Source of the DNA: Vulcanimicrobiota bacterium | GTDB taxonomy: Bacteria; Vulcanimicrobiota; Xenobia; Xenobiales; JADMJV01 | NCBI GenBank assembly: GCA_050250895.1 | Contig: JBFWNU010000002.1 | Coordinates: 920,709-984,708, forward strand | Direction: 5' to 3' | Length of the DNA stretch: 64,000 nucleotides | In this document: piece after piece, positions 1 through 9,070 of the stretch | Numbering within the stretch: position 1 is the stretch's first letter | Layout: every line of letters starts with the position of its first letter | Made by a program: the position numbers and the translations under genes | Notes under the pieces: model-generated | The model's input: only the letters and a program-made list of their open reading frames with translations | Database searches by the model: none | Told to the model about the DNA's origin: nothing

Positions 1-780
1 GCCTACGACTATCCCACCGCGCTAGCGGTTGACCAGGCCGAATTCGATGTCATTCTCGTAGGCGATTCTCTGGGCATGGTGGTGCTCGGATACGAGAACA
101 CCTTGCCCGTCACCATGGCCGACATGCTCCACCACTGCAAAGCCGTGGCCCGCGGAGCCCGGCGCCCCATGCTGGTCGGCGATATGCCGTTTATGTCTTA
201 TCAAGCCAGTGTGGCCGAGGCCGTCACCAACGCCGGACGCTTCTTGCAAGAAGCCGGCATGGACGCCGTCAAGCTCGAGGGTGGAGTAGAGCGGGTCGAG
301 GCCGTCCGGGCCATTGTGGCCGCCGGTATCCCGGTAATGGGCCACATCGGCCTGACCCCCCAGGCGCTGCACCAGCTGGGCGGTTTTCGCACCCAGGGCA
401 AGACGGCCGAAACCGCTCGCCGCCTGGTCGAAGCGGCCCTGGCCCTGGAGGCCGCCGGCTGCTTCTCGCTGGTGCTCGAAGCCGTGCCCCCACGCCTGGC
501 CGAACTCATCAGCCAGAAACTGACCATTCCCACTATCGGCATCGGGGCCGGAGCCGACTGCGACGGCCAGGTGCTGGTGATCCACGACATGCTCGGTCTG
601 TTCGACCGCTTCACCCCGCGTTTTGTCAAGCAGTACGCCCAGCTCAACCAGCAGGTCCATCAGGCCCTGGTCAGCTTTCGCGAAGAGATCGAGCAACGCC
701 AGTTTCCCGCCGCCGAGCACACGGTGGCCATGCCCGAAGAAGAGTGGGTCAAGCTCCTCGAGCAGGAGCCGGCATGCTGA
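1..780 (+). CDS. panB: 3-methyl-2-oxobutanoate hydroxymethyltransferase, 5'-truncated by window edge
   Basis: Frame from base 1 reads AYDYPTA...ILVGDSLGMVVLG, then DMPFMSY, AVKLEGG, MGHIGLTPQ and IGIGAG..CDGQVLV, all PanB motifs. Confidence 0.97.
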   Translation, partial: AYDYPTALAVDQAEFDVILVGDSLGMVVLGYENTLPVTMADMLHHCKAVARGARRPMLVGDMPFMSYQASVAEAVTNAGRFLQEAGMDAVKLEGGVERVEAVRAIVAAGIPVMGHIGLTPQALHQLGGFRTQGKTAETARRLVEAALALEAAGCFSLVLEAVPPRLAELISQKLTIPTIGIGAGADCDGQVLVIHDMLGLFDRFTPRFVKQYAQLNQQVHQALVSFREEIEQRQFPAAEHTVAMPEEEWVKLLEQEPAC

Positions 781-1676
781 TCGTCGGCACAGGAGCCATG
801 GCCTGCCTGATGGCGGCGGGTCTGGTCAGCGCCGGCCATCAAGTTACCATGCTGGGCAGCTGGAAGCCCGGCCTCGAACAACTCCATCGTCACGGCGTGC
901 GCCTGGACAACGGTCAGGCCTTTCCGGTGACGGTCACCGACCGGCCCGGCGACTGCCAGGGAGCCAGCCAGGTAGTGGTCATGAACAAGGCCTGGCAGAC
1001 CTCCGAGACGGCTCGCCAACTCGGCCACATCCTGGCTCCCGAAGGTCGGGTGCTGACCCTCCAAAACGGGTTAGGCAACCGCGAACTGCTGGCCCAACAC
1101 CTGGGCGCCGAGCGGGTCGAGGCCGGCGTCACCACGCTCGGAGCCACCATGCTCGAGCCCGGCAAAGTCCGTCCCGCCGGCCAGGGAGCCATCGTGCTAC
1201 CCGACGACAGTCACTTTCACCACCTCTTTAGCCACACCGGCCTGGCCTTGCGCCAAGAGAGCAATCTCGATTCGCTAGTCTGGGGCAAGCTGGTGATCAA
1301 TGCCGGTATCAACCCGGTGGCCGCTATCTTCGGCCTGACCAACGGGCAACTGCTCGAGCATCCCCTGGCCAACCTGTGGATGCGAGCGGCCGCCCTGGAG
1401 GCGGCCGAGGTGGCCCGGGCTGCCGGCGTGGTCTTGCCCTTTGCCGATCCGGTGGCGGCGGTGGCCGAGGTGGCCCGGCAGACCGCTCGCAACCGAGCCT
1501 CGATGCTGGTCGACCTCGAACGGGGCACGCCCTGCGAGATCGAGGCCATCTCGGGAGCGGTGGTGCGGGCCGGCCGGCGCTACGGAGTGGCCACCCCTTA
1601 CAACTCGAAGCTGAGAAAGGCGGTGGCCCGTGCAGTTGGTCGAGAGCCTATCCGACCTTCGCTCTCAGCGAGCTAA
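774..1676 (+). CDS. panE: 2-dehydropantoate 2-reductase (ApbA/PanE)
   Basis: ATG at 774 overlaps the end of panB. Rossmann GTGAMA, LQNGLG, WGKLVINAGINP, ASMLVDL and EIEAISG motifs. Confidence 0.92.
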   Translation: MLIVGTGAMACLMAAGLVSAGHQVTMLGSWKPGLEQLHRHGVRLDNGQAFPVTVTDRPGDCQGASQVVVMNKAWQTSETARQLGHILAPEGRVLTLQNGLGNRELLAQHLGAERVEAGVTTLGATMLEPGKVRPAGQGAIVLPDDSHFHHLFSHTGLALRQESNLDSLVWGKLVINAGINPVAAIFGLTNGQLLEHPLANLWMRAAALEAAEVARAAGVVLPFADPVAAVAEVARQTARNRASMLVDLERGTPCEIEAISGAVVRAGRRYGVATPYNSKLRKAVARAVGREPIRPSLSAS

Positions 1677-2454
1677 GCTGCCCGGCCCGGTAGGCTTCGT
1701 GCCCACCATGGGTTACCTCCACCCGGGGCACCTCTCGCTGGTCGAACAGGCTCGGCGCGAGTGTGCCTCGGTGGTGGTCAGCATCTTCGTCAATCCCACC
1801 CAGTTCGGCGAGGCCGCCGATCTCGAGCACTACCCACGCGATCTGGCCGGCGATCTGGCTCTGCTCGAGGGCCACACCGACCTGGTTTGGGCCCCCACCG
1901 CGGCCGTGATGTATCCGCCCGGCTTTCAGACCTGGGTCGAGGTCGAGCAGGTCAGCCAACCCCTGGAGGGGGCTCAGCGACCCGGCCATTTCCGCGGGGT
2001 AGCCACGGTGGTGGCCAAGCTGTTTCTGGCCGTCGGTCCCCAACTGGCCTACTTCGGCCAAAAGGACGCCCAGCAGGTCAAGGTCATCGAGCGCATGGTG
2101 GCCGACCTCAACTTTCCTCTCGAAATTCGCGTGGGTGCCACCGCTCGCGAGCCCGACGGCCTGGCCATGTCGAGCCGCAATGCTCGCCTCACACCGGCCG
2201 AGCGCCGGGTGGCCCCGGTTCTCTACCAGGCCCTCCAGACGGCCAGCCAGCTTTTTCCGGCCCCAGCCGAAGAGCTGCGCGCCTGCGTGCGTCAGGTGGT
2301 GGCCACCCAACCCTCGGTCGCCCTCGAGTACGTGTCTTGCGCGGATCGGTCCAGCCTGGAGGAGTTAGACGGTCCGGTCGAAAGTTGTCTTCTTTCGCTA
2401 GCCGCTCGCCTGGGAGCGGTGCGCCTGATCGACAACATCGAACTATGCTGCTGA
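1630..2454 (+). CDS. panC: pantoate--beta-alanine ligase
   Basis: GFVPTMGYLHPGH, SIFVNPTQF, RPGHFRGV, FGQKDAQQ, DGLAMSSRN and RLIDN motifs. Confidence 0.97.
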   Translation: MQLVESLSDLRSQRAKLPGPVGFVPTMGYLHPGHLSLVEQARRECASVVVSIFVNPTQFGEAADLEHYPRDLAGDLALLEGHTDLVWAPTAAVMYPPGFQTWVEVEQVSQPLEGAQRPGHFRGVATVVAKLFLAVGPQLAYFGQKDAQQVKVIERMVADLNFPLEIRVGATAREPDGLAMSSRNARLTPAERRVAPVLYQALQTASQLFPAPAEELRACVRQVVATQPSVALEYVSCADRSSLEELDGPVESCLLSLAARLGAVRLIDNIELCC

Positions 2455-3212
2455 CCATCGACATCGGAAATACCCAGTTGACCATCGGGGCCTACGCTGG
2501 CGATCACCCCGGCCCGCGCTGGCGCCTGGCCACTGCGGCCCATCGCTCGTCCGACGAGTATGGCCTGCAAATTCTCGGTCTTTTGGCCCACGCCAGGGTC
2601 GATCCCAACGACCTGCACGGAGTCTGCCTGGCCTCGGTGGTGCCTCCTCTGACCAGCTCGATTACCCGGGCCTGCCGTGATTATCTCGGCTGCCAGCCCC
2701 TGGTGGTCGGGGCCGGAGTCAAGACGGGCGTGAAGATTCTAGCCCAGGAGCCGCGCACCGTGGGGGCCGACCGCATCGTCAACGCCTGCGCCGTCAAGCA
2801 CCGCTATCACGGTCCGGCCTGCGTGGTCGATTTTGGCACGGCCACGACCTTTGATGCGGTCACGGCCGACGGCGATTACCTGGGCGGGGCCATCGCCCCG
2901 GGCCTGCAGCTGGGCGCCGAGAGCCTGTTTCGCAACACGGCCAAGCTGCCCAAGGTCGACATCGAGCGTCCGCCTAACGTGATTGGCCGTAACACCATCG
3001 AGGCCATCCAGTCGGGCCTGGTCTTCGGCTACGTGGCCCTGGTAGAGGGAATGGTGGCCCGCTTTGCGGGCGAACTCGGCCCCGACATGCAGGTCATCGC
3101 CACCGGCGGCCTGGCCGAGATCGTGGCCCGCGAGACCAAGGTGATCCACGTGGTCGATCCCTGGTTGACCCTCGAGGGCCTGCGCATCATCTGGGAACTC
3201 AACCCCCATTAA
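2445..3212 (+). CDS. coaX: type III pantothenate kinase
   Basis: MLLTIDIGNT start at 2445 inside the longer ORF 1761..3212; GADRIVN, VVDFGTATT, GGAIAPG and IATGG motifs. Confidence 0.95.
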   Translation: MLLTIDIGNTQLTIGAYAGDHPGPRWRLATAAHRSSDEYGLQILGLLAHARVDPNDLHGVCLASVVPPLTSSITRACRDYLGCQPLVVGAGVKTGVKILAQEPRTVGADRIVNACAVKHRYHGPACVVDFGTATTFDAVTADGDYLGGAIAPGLQLGAESLFRNTAKLPKVDIERPPNVIGRNTIEAIQSGLVFGYVALVEGMVARFAGELGPDMQVIATGGLAEIVARETKVIHVVDPWLTLEGLRIIWELNPH

Positions 3213-3250
3213 GCGGCGGCACGGCTTGGAGTGAGCGCGGGCGAATGGAA

Positions 3251-3370
3251 AGTCTCCTTCGCGGAGAACTGTCGCGGCGTCTTCTTCTGGAATCACGAGG
3301 GGGAGCGACCAGGCTAGCCGCCTCTTTCTCGGAGTTTCTGCCCATGTTGGAAGGTCCAGAGCCGGATTGA
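3251..3370 (+). pseudogene. frameshifted C-terminal remnant of a SMI1/KNR4 (SUKH) immunity-like gene
   Basis: One frame gives RGVFFWNHEG and the adjacent frame continues TRLAASFSEFLPMLE...stop (TGA 3368-3370), resembling the SUKH C-terminal V.FWDHE...LA.SF.EFL pattern. Confidence 0.45.
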
Positions 3371-3429
3371 ACAGGCCGGTCCGGGCTCCTTCGCGAAGCT
3401 CGCCTGCAATTCAACGCCCCGGGGGGATC

Positions 3430-4569
3430 ATGCAGGTAGAACTTGGACTCGAACGGCTTCAAGATGGCGAGTTCGCCACCGCCATCGAACTCTTTACCCA
3501 GGCCTTAGCCGAGGGGGCCAGCGCCGAGGTCTTCTACTATCGCGGAGTGGCTTACGACTTGAGCGGCCAGCGCGAACTGGCTTGCGCCGATCTTGGCGCT
3601 TGCCTGAAGGAGGAGCCGGCTCATTCCCGGGCCCTCTTCAGTCGGGCCACGGTGTTGCGGGAGATGTCAGACTTTGAGGGTTCGTTCCGCGATATCCAGA
3701 TGGCCTATAAGATCGACCCGCAAGATTATCGCATCGCCAATGCCTATGCGCAGTTTCTAGTCGATTCCCCGGTCCAAGCGCACCACGATCCAGAACTCGG
3801 CGTGAAGGTGGCCACCCGGGCTTGCGAGTTGACCGAATGGCAAGACGGGCTCTGCCTGCGGACACTGGCTGACGCCCTCGACCTGACTGGCGAGTCCGAG
3901 GAGGCCGCCGAGGTGAGGTCCAGGACCGTAGTTAGCTTCGACTTCGCCGACATTGATGACGAGATTATGGGATATCTAGCCCTTCTGCTGGGTCGTCGGC
4001 CCGAGCCCGAGGGCTTGCAAGAAATCGTGCCAGCCTCGGATGTAAGTGTCAGCATCCGCTCGATCAAGGCCCGTCAACCAGACCAGGAAGCCCTCATCTT
4101 TAGCGTGGGCATGAGCGCCAAACCCATGGCCACGCCGGAGGAGTTGCCGGTCAACGAAGATGGGTTCGCCGAGGTAATGATGCGCTTACCCAGCCAATGG
4201 CCTCTGCCTCCCGACCTTGACGACCCTGGGCAGGCCTGGCCTTTGCTGTGGTTGCGCCGGCTGGCCCACTACCCACATCTGACCGGCGCGTGGATGGGCA
4301 CGGGTCTTTTTCCCGACCCGGGCCAGCCCCTGGTCCCACTGGCTCCGGAATGTCCGTTTTCGGGCTTTGTCTTGCTGGCCAATCTGGGCATCGAAGGATT
4401 TCGCTCGCAGGCTGGCCACTATGTCAACCTGATTACGGTTGTCCCCGTGACCGCGAAAGAACACGAACTGGCCTGCGAGCATGGCTTGCAAGAATTGCTG
4501 ACGCGCCTGGTCGAGGCCGGACACCCTCCCGCTCTCGTGCCCGACCGGCCTTGTGTTGCGACCGTATAG
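3430..4569 (+). CDS. TPR-repeat protein with C-terminal Suppressor-of-fused (SUFU)-like domain
   Basis: N-terminal TPR patterns (FYYRGVAY, LFSRATV). The C-terminal half has FSVGMSAKPM, WPLLWLRRLAHYPH and LITVVPVTAKE, typical of bacterial SUFU domains. Confidence 0.75.
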   Translation: MQVELGLERLQDGEFATAIELFTQALAEGASAEVFYYRGVAYDLSGQRELACADLGACLKEEPAHSRALFSRATVLREMSDFEGSFRDIQMAYKIDPQDYRIANAYAQFLVDSPVQAHHDPELGVKVATRACELTEWQDGLCLRTLADALDLTGESEEAAEVRSRTVVSFDFADIDDEIMGYLALLLGRRPEPEGLQEIVPASDVSVSIRSIKARQPDQEALIFSVGMSAKPMATPEELPVNEDGFAEVMMRLPSQWPLPPDLDDPGQAWPLLWLRRLAHYPHLTGAWMGTGLFPDPGQPLVPLAPECPFSGFVLLANLGIEGFRSQAGHYVNLITVVPVTAKEHELACEHGLQELLTRLVEAGHPPALVPDRPCVATV

Positions 4570-4578
4570 GGGCCCTCG

Positions 4579-5673
4579 TTGAGAAATCCCGAGCGCGATT
4601 GGGAACAGGCCACTCGACTGAGCCGTGACGAGGTCGAAAGCCGGGTCGGGCCGGTCGAGCGCCTGGAAGTGTTGGGCGGAGGGCTGGCCAACGCCGTGGC
4701 TCGAATCGACCAGGAGCGGGTCTTTCGCCTCTACCGACGCGATCCGACCAGTTGCCGTAAAGAAGCTCGTTTACTAAAGATGCCGTGGCAGAGCTTTCGG
4801 GTTCCGCGTGTATTGGAGCAAGGCGAAGACTTTCTGGTGCTGGAGTTCGTGCCCCACGCCCCGCTTACCAGGGAAGACGGCTTTGTGGTCGGACGGGCTC
4901 TGGCCGAGATTCATCAGACGACCTTCGTAGCCAGTGGCTTTCTCGGCTCGAACCTCGAGTTGGAGCGGCCCTTCGCAAGCCTGCCTCAGGCACTGCTCGA
5001 TTACGCCCTGAGTCAGCTCGAAGGCGATCCCCTTCGCAAGAGCTATGCCGATTGGATGGCCCCCCTATTGCCGAACCTCGAGAAGCTATCGGAGCGACCG
5101 GTGCTTTTGCATGGCGACTTCAAGCTGTCCAACCTGCACCGGGCCGGCTCGGATTTGCTGGTGCTCGATTGGGAATTTGCCTACGCCGGAGCCGCCCTGC
5201 TCGATATCGGCCAACTGCTTCGCTGGCGCCCTCCGGCCGGCTTCATGGCGGATTTTGCTCGCGGCTACGGAACACTACCACACTCGTGGCAGGCTTGGGC
5301 CGAGGTCTTTGACGCCGTCAACCTGGCTGCTCTCATGGCCGGAGGGCGGCCCGTCAGGGAGCGCCTGGAAGAGACTTTGGCAGCCGATCGACCGGAGTCA
5401 GACCTCGAATTTGTCCAGCGTCTGCAGCGTGAAGAACAGGCCCGCCGCGCGCTCGCCTTCAAGCGAGCTGTCGACGAGGGCCACCGGCGAGGCAAAGAGC
5501 CGTTTGAGTATGAACGCTTTCGAACACTCAGCCAACTCCGCGATTACTCCGACCCTCAAAGTCTGGAATACGACTATTACGTGGTCTGGCACCGGCTCGA
5601 CAGCCTCGAAGAGTTTGCTCGCAAGCTGGCTATCAGCGAGCAATACGACGGCGGAGACCTCGGAGAGTCCTAA
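4579..5673 (+). CDS. aminoglycoside phosphotransferase (APH)-family kinase with extra C-terminal domain
   Basis: LGGGLAN, LAEIH, LHGDFKLSNL, LDWEFA and DIGQLLR motifs, plus a C-terminal extension of about 95 aa. Confidence 0.8.
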   Translation: MRNPERDWEQATRLSRDEVESRVGPVERLEVLGGGLANAVARIDQERVFRLYRRDPTSCRKEARLLKMPWQSFRVPRVLEQGEDFLVLEFVPHAPLTREDGFVVGRALAEIHQTTFVASGFLGSNLELERPFASLPQALLDYALSQLEGDPLRKSYADWMAPLLPNLEKLSERPVLLHGDFKLSNLHRAGSDLLVLDWEFAYAGAALLDIGQLLRWRPPAGFMADFARGYGTLPHSWQAWAEVFDAVNLAALMAGGRPVRERLEETLAADRPESDLEFVQRLQREEQARRALAFKRAVDEGHRRGKEPFEYERFRTLSQLRDYSDPQSLEYDYYVVWHRLDSLEEFARKLAISEQYDGGDLGES

Positions 5674-5791
5674 GGTGCGGCTTTAATCTTCTCACATCTT
5701 GTTAACCTGGAAGGGCCGGATTGGACAATCGGTGGACGCTATCCCGGTAGGCTGGAGCCAACCAATGAATCCCCTCGTCTCGGAGGACAAT

Positions 5792-6226
5792 ATGATCAGT
5801 CGCATTTCTGGAATCGCCTATGGAACCGTGTTCACCAGTCGCAGAACCGAATTCGAGTGCCTCAAGCAAATCCAGGCGGACGGACAGGTGGACAAGCCGT
5901 TCGTGCAAGCCTCGAGCTCGTTTATCCCCAGTATTACCGACCCTCGGGTGGAGAGCTTTCTCAAAAACGGTGCCGCTCCGGACTCCTCCTGGAAGGCCCA
6001 CGAACTCGGTGGCTTCGATAGCCCGGCCCAGTCTCTCTTCGTGGAGGACGGCAAGGTGGTGTTGCGCAGCCAGATTGAGGAGAATGGAAAGCTCGTCAGG
6101 CACCGCATCGAGGCACCCTACGACGCCGTCGGCAAGGTCGACCTGGAGTCGTCGAGCGAGGGCTTTGACATCCAGTCGGTCGACCCGCACAAAACCCTCA
6201 CCTTCGAGATTCCTAACGGCGCTTAG
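5792..6226 (+). CDS. hypothetical protein
   Basis: GGAGGA RBS before ATG 5792; 144 aa; no family recognised. Confidence 0.65.
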   Translation: MISRISGIAYGTVFTSRRTEFECLKQIQADGQVDKPFVQASSSFIPSITDPRVESFLKNGAAPDSSWKAHELGGFDSPAQSLFVEDGKVVLRSQIEENGKLVRHRIEAPYDAVGKVDLESSSEGFDIQSVDPHKTLTFEIPNGA

Positions 6227-6234
6227 CTCAGCCT

Positions 6235-7860
6235 CTACTGTTGATACGTGCCGCCCAGGCCGGTGTAGAACATACCCATCGCCTGGTAGAGCAGTTTGCC
6301 GGCTTCGGCCACGTTCTTGGCCTCTTGAGCACTGATGACTCCGTCGGGTCCCCGCAGGGACTTGTCGATAATGCCCGTGGCCGCGGTCATGGCCGCCTGA
6401 GCCCGATCGTTTTGGGGATCGCCGGTGGGCTGGATGCCACGCATCTTCTGTAACCGCTGACCGGCGTCGACCAGGGTCTGGGCTTCTCGCTCGCTGAAGC
6501 TGCGCCGGGTGCGCCCATCCATGGGAGAGCCCTGGGGCGCGAGGTATTTCGAGGCGGCCTGGCGGGCCATGCCCGGGCCTTTCTCGCGCACCATCCCCCA
6601 GCCGATCTCCTGGACCTTGCCGGGATGGTTGCTGACCCAGCGATTGGCCGCCCGGGCCAGAATGCGGCGTGAGCCGTCCTTGCGATAGGTGGCAGCCCGG
6701 TGGGCCTCTTGAGTGATGCGACTGCTGACCATGCCGCCGATGGTGTCGGTGTTTAGCATGCCGTTGAAGACGGGCACCACATCGGTCATCGACAGGGCCC
6801 GGTCGGCCCCGCCCAGCTTGGTGGGTTCGTCGATCATGCGAGCCACCATCGGCAGCACGCCCTCGTTTTTCTGGCTACCGACGAAGGGAGCGAGGAACGA
6901 CATGGTGCTTCCGATCTTATCTTTGTCGAGGGCTCCCTGGGCTTTGGTGATGCCTTCCTTGAGTTCCTTGATCTTCTCGGGGGTGAGTTTGGCCGCCAAC
7001 TCGGGCGAGACGGCTCTCATGATCTGCATATTCTCTGGGCTGAACATCTTGTCCAGTCCGTTGGCGTCGAGGCCCTTGAAGAATTGCAGATTTTCAGGGG
7101 TGATGACGCCCTGCAGAGCCGGCATGGCATCTTTGATTTTCTGGAGATGCTCGGCGTTAAAGCCGTTCTGCTGAATCTCGGGCCCCATCTGGAGCAGACC
7201 CGGAATGTGGGTGCCCAGGGTCACCAGGTCTTTGATGCGCTGGGCCGTGGCGGTAGCATCTTCCATGCTCACGCCCTCGGGCAGACCGGCTGCCCGTGCT
7301 TGCTCGGCCGCCTGGGCCTGTTCGGCTGTCTGAGCGGGCTGACCGTTTTGAGCCTGCTGGCCGTTTTGAGCCGGCTGGCCGTTTTGAGCTGGCTGGCCGT
7401 TCTGGGCCGGCTGGCCGGTTTGAGCCTGCTGGCCGTTCTGGGCCGGCTGGCCGTTTTGGGCTGACTGGCCGTTCTGGGCCGGCTGGCCGTTCTGGGCCGG
7501 CTGGCCGTTCTGAGCTGGCTGGCCGTTCTGGGCCGGCTGGCCGTTCTGGGCTGGCTGGCCGTTTTGAGTTGGCTGGCCGTTTTGAGCGGGAGCAGCCTGT
7601 CCAGGCTGAGCCTGGCCCCAGCCGGCCACGTTGGGTAGGTTGGGAGAGGTCGATCCGGGCGCGGGCCCGGCCACGTAGCCGTCGCCACCACGCGACTGGG
7701 GGCTTACCGGTCGCGCGGCCGGCCTGGGCGCCGCCGGGACACCCTTGGCCTTGCTGGTCGTGCCAGCGCCGCCGGGACGAGGCTTGGCTTTGGGCTTAGC
7801 AGCCGGTCGCTTGGACTTGGCCGGAGGATGACTGGGCTTTCGGCTTGGAACACGAGACAT
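6235..7860 (-). CDS. low-complexity protein with PAQNGQ repeat tract
   Basis: AGGGGAG RBS before ATG 7860; Lys/Pro-rich N-terminus, hexapeptide repeats, helical C-terminal region. Confidence 0.8.
   Translation of the reverse strand: MSRVPSRKPSHPPAKSKRPAAKPKAKPRPGGAGTTSKAKGVPAAPRPAARPVSPQSRGGDGYVAGPAPGSTSPNLPNVAGWGQAQPGQAAPAQNGQPTQNGQPAQNGQPAQNGQPAQNGQPAQNGQPAQNGQSAQNGQPAQNGQQAQTGQPAQNGQPAQNGQPAQNGQQAQNGQPAQTAEQAQAAEQARAAGLPEGVSMEDATATAQRIKDLVTLGTHIPGLLQMGPEIQQNGFNAEHLQKIKDAMPALQGVITPENLQFFKGLDANGLDKMFSPENMQIMRAVSPELAAKLTPEKIKELKEGITKAQGALDKDKIGSTMSFLAPFVGSQKNEGVLPMVARMIDEPTKLGGADRALSMTDVVPVFNGMLNTDTIGGMVSSRITQEAHRAATYRKDGSRRILARAANRWVSNHPGKVQEIGWGMVREKGPGMARQAASKYLAPQGSPMDGRTRRSFSEREAQTLVDAGQRLQKMRGIQPTGDPQNDRAQAAMTAATGIIDKSLRGPDGVISAQEAKNVAEAGKLLYQAMGMFYTGLGGTYQQ
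7339..7590 (-). repeat. 14 x 18-bp coding tandem repeat (PAQNGQ and variants)
   Basis: Counted 14 units in the translation; synonymous variation between units. Confidence 0.92.
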
Positions 7861-8060
7861 ACACACACTCCCCTGTCACGGGCCGCCTGTCACCCGCCAG
7901 TGCGCACGCGCGACCCGTCCTTTATGACCGCATTGTAGCCAAGTGCGAGGTCTGAGCCAGTCCAAAAAGTGTTGCCGTTCTGTAACTTGTTTTAAGGTTT
8001 TGATCGGAATCTCGCTGGAATGTAAACAGTTTGGCGAGGCCCTCCAAGGCTTTCTCCAAG

Positions 8061-8477
8061 CTATTTCAACCGCTGCGTGTCTTCGACCAGCGTGACCCGG
8101 TAGGTGGCGATCTTGTTCTGCACGGTTTGTGGTATTGCCAGGTCGATGCGGTGCTCCAAAGTCGCTCCAGGCTCCTTGAGGAAGACACTTTCCTCGTAGC
8201 CCTCGGCAGCCAGGAGTTCTCCTCGGGCGTCGAGCAGGGCTACATAGACGGCCAGGCAGGCCGGCTGCTTGCCTCGATTGGCAAGGTGGATGCGCAAGTT
8301 GATTACCTGGCAGTCGCGCAGATCCTTGACCGGGCTAAACTCGACCTGACCCCGCCAGTTCTGGCCTCGAATCGGGACCACCCTGCCACCGGTATAGGAT
8401 CCGTGGGCGCGAGTGACCCGCGGTTCGGCCGCAGCCATCAGGGACAGTAGAACGACCAAGCACCAAACTCTCATCAC
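8061..8477 (-). CDS. secreted hypothetical protein (FxLYD-like beta domain)
   Basis: Signal-peptide-like N-terminus; VALLDARGELLA; paralog of the upstream gene. Confidence 0.7.
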   Translation of the reverse strand: MMRVWCLVVLLSLMAAAEPRVTRAHGSYTGGRVVPIRGQNWRGQVEFSPVKDLRDCQVINLRIHLANRGKQPACLAVYVALLDARGELLAAEGYEESVFLKEPGATLEHRIDLAIPQTVQNKIATYRVTLVEDTQRLK

Positions 8478-8908
8478 TGCCTCCCGATCAGAGTCGTGTC
8501 TTCATAGAAGACGCATTGCACGGTCATCGCCTTTTCGAGGTCAGCCCGGGGCACCAGGATGTCCCACTGGTTGAGCGACTCCTCGCCCTTCTTCCTCTGG
8601 TCATAGACGTCGTTTTTGCCGCCGCCGCCCAGCAGTTTGCCGGCTTTGCCGAAGACGCCCACATGGGTGCTGAAGAAGGCCTGGGGCCCGGCCAGGTTCC
8701 TGGCCGCGACACGGATCCTCACCGCGCCGGTGTCGGTCACGAAGGCCCTGGCGTCGAGGCTGAAAAGTTTGCCTTTCAACTTGAGGTTGAGAGGGTTCTT
8801 TTCGGTGTTGGCCTGGCTCAATCGCCCTTCGGCCCGAAGAACCTGGGGCTTGGCGGCCAGTGACGGGGCGACCAGCAGCAGACAGCAGAGAACAAACAGG
8901 TATCTCAT
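8474..8908 (-). CDS. secreted hypothetical protein, paralog of 8061..8477
   Basis: Signal-peptide-like N-terminus; overlaps the next gene; aligned motifs shared with it. Confidence 0.7.
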   Translation of the reverse strand: MRYLFVLCCLLLVAPSLAAKPQVLRAEGRLSQANTEKNPLNLKLKGKLFSLDARAFVTDTGAVRIRVAARNLAGPQAFFSTHVGVFGKAGKLLGGGGKNDVYDQRKKGEESLNQWDILVPRADLEKAMTVQCVFYEDTTLIGRQ

Positions 8909-8980
8909 CTGCCACGATTCCCTTTCGCCGGGCCGCCAACCTCGCAGGATTTCGGTTTTGAACAGGGAATATTTCTAGGG

Positions 8981-9060
8981 CGTCCGTGGGACTTTGAGGC
9001 GATTTCCGAAACCAGCCTTGGAAGTTGTCCTACGTCGTCGCCTCGCTCTCTCCCCGGGCG
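8981..9060 (+). ncRNA. candidate rod-shaped (Y-RNA-like) RNA or structured leader upstream of TROVE-like gene
   Basis: Nested pairings: CGTCCG/CGGGCG, GGGA/TCCC, GAGGCGA/TCGCCTC, TTTCCGA/TTGGAAG. Confidence 0.45.
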
Positions 9061-9070
9061 GCAACTTCTA

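Noticed and set aside
1761-2444. N-terminal extension of coaX
   Set aside because: Alternate frame of panC; CoaX begins at 2445.
7339-7590. CRISPR-like or non-coding repeat
   Set aside because: In-frame 18-bp coding repeat without spacers.
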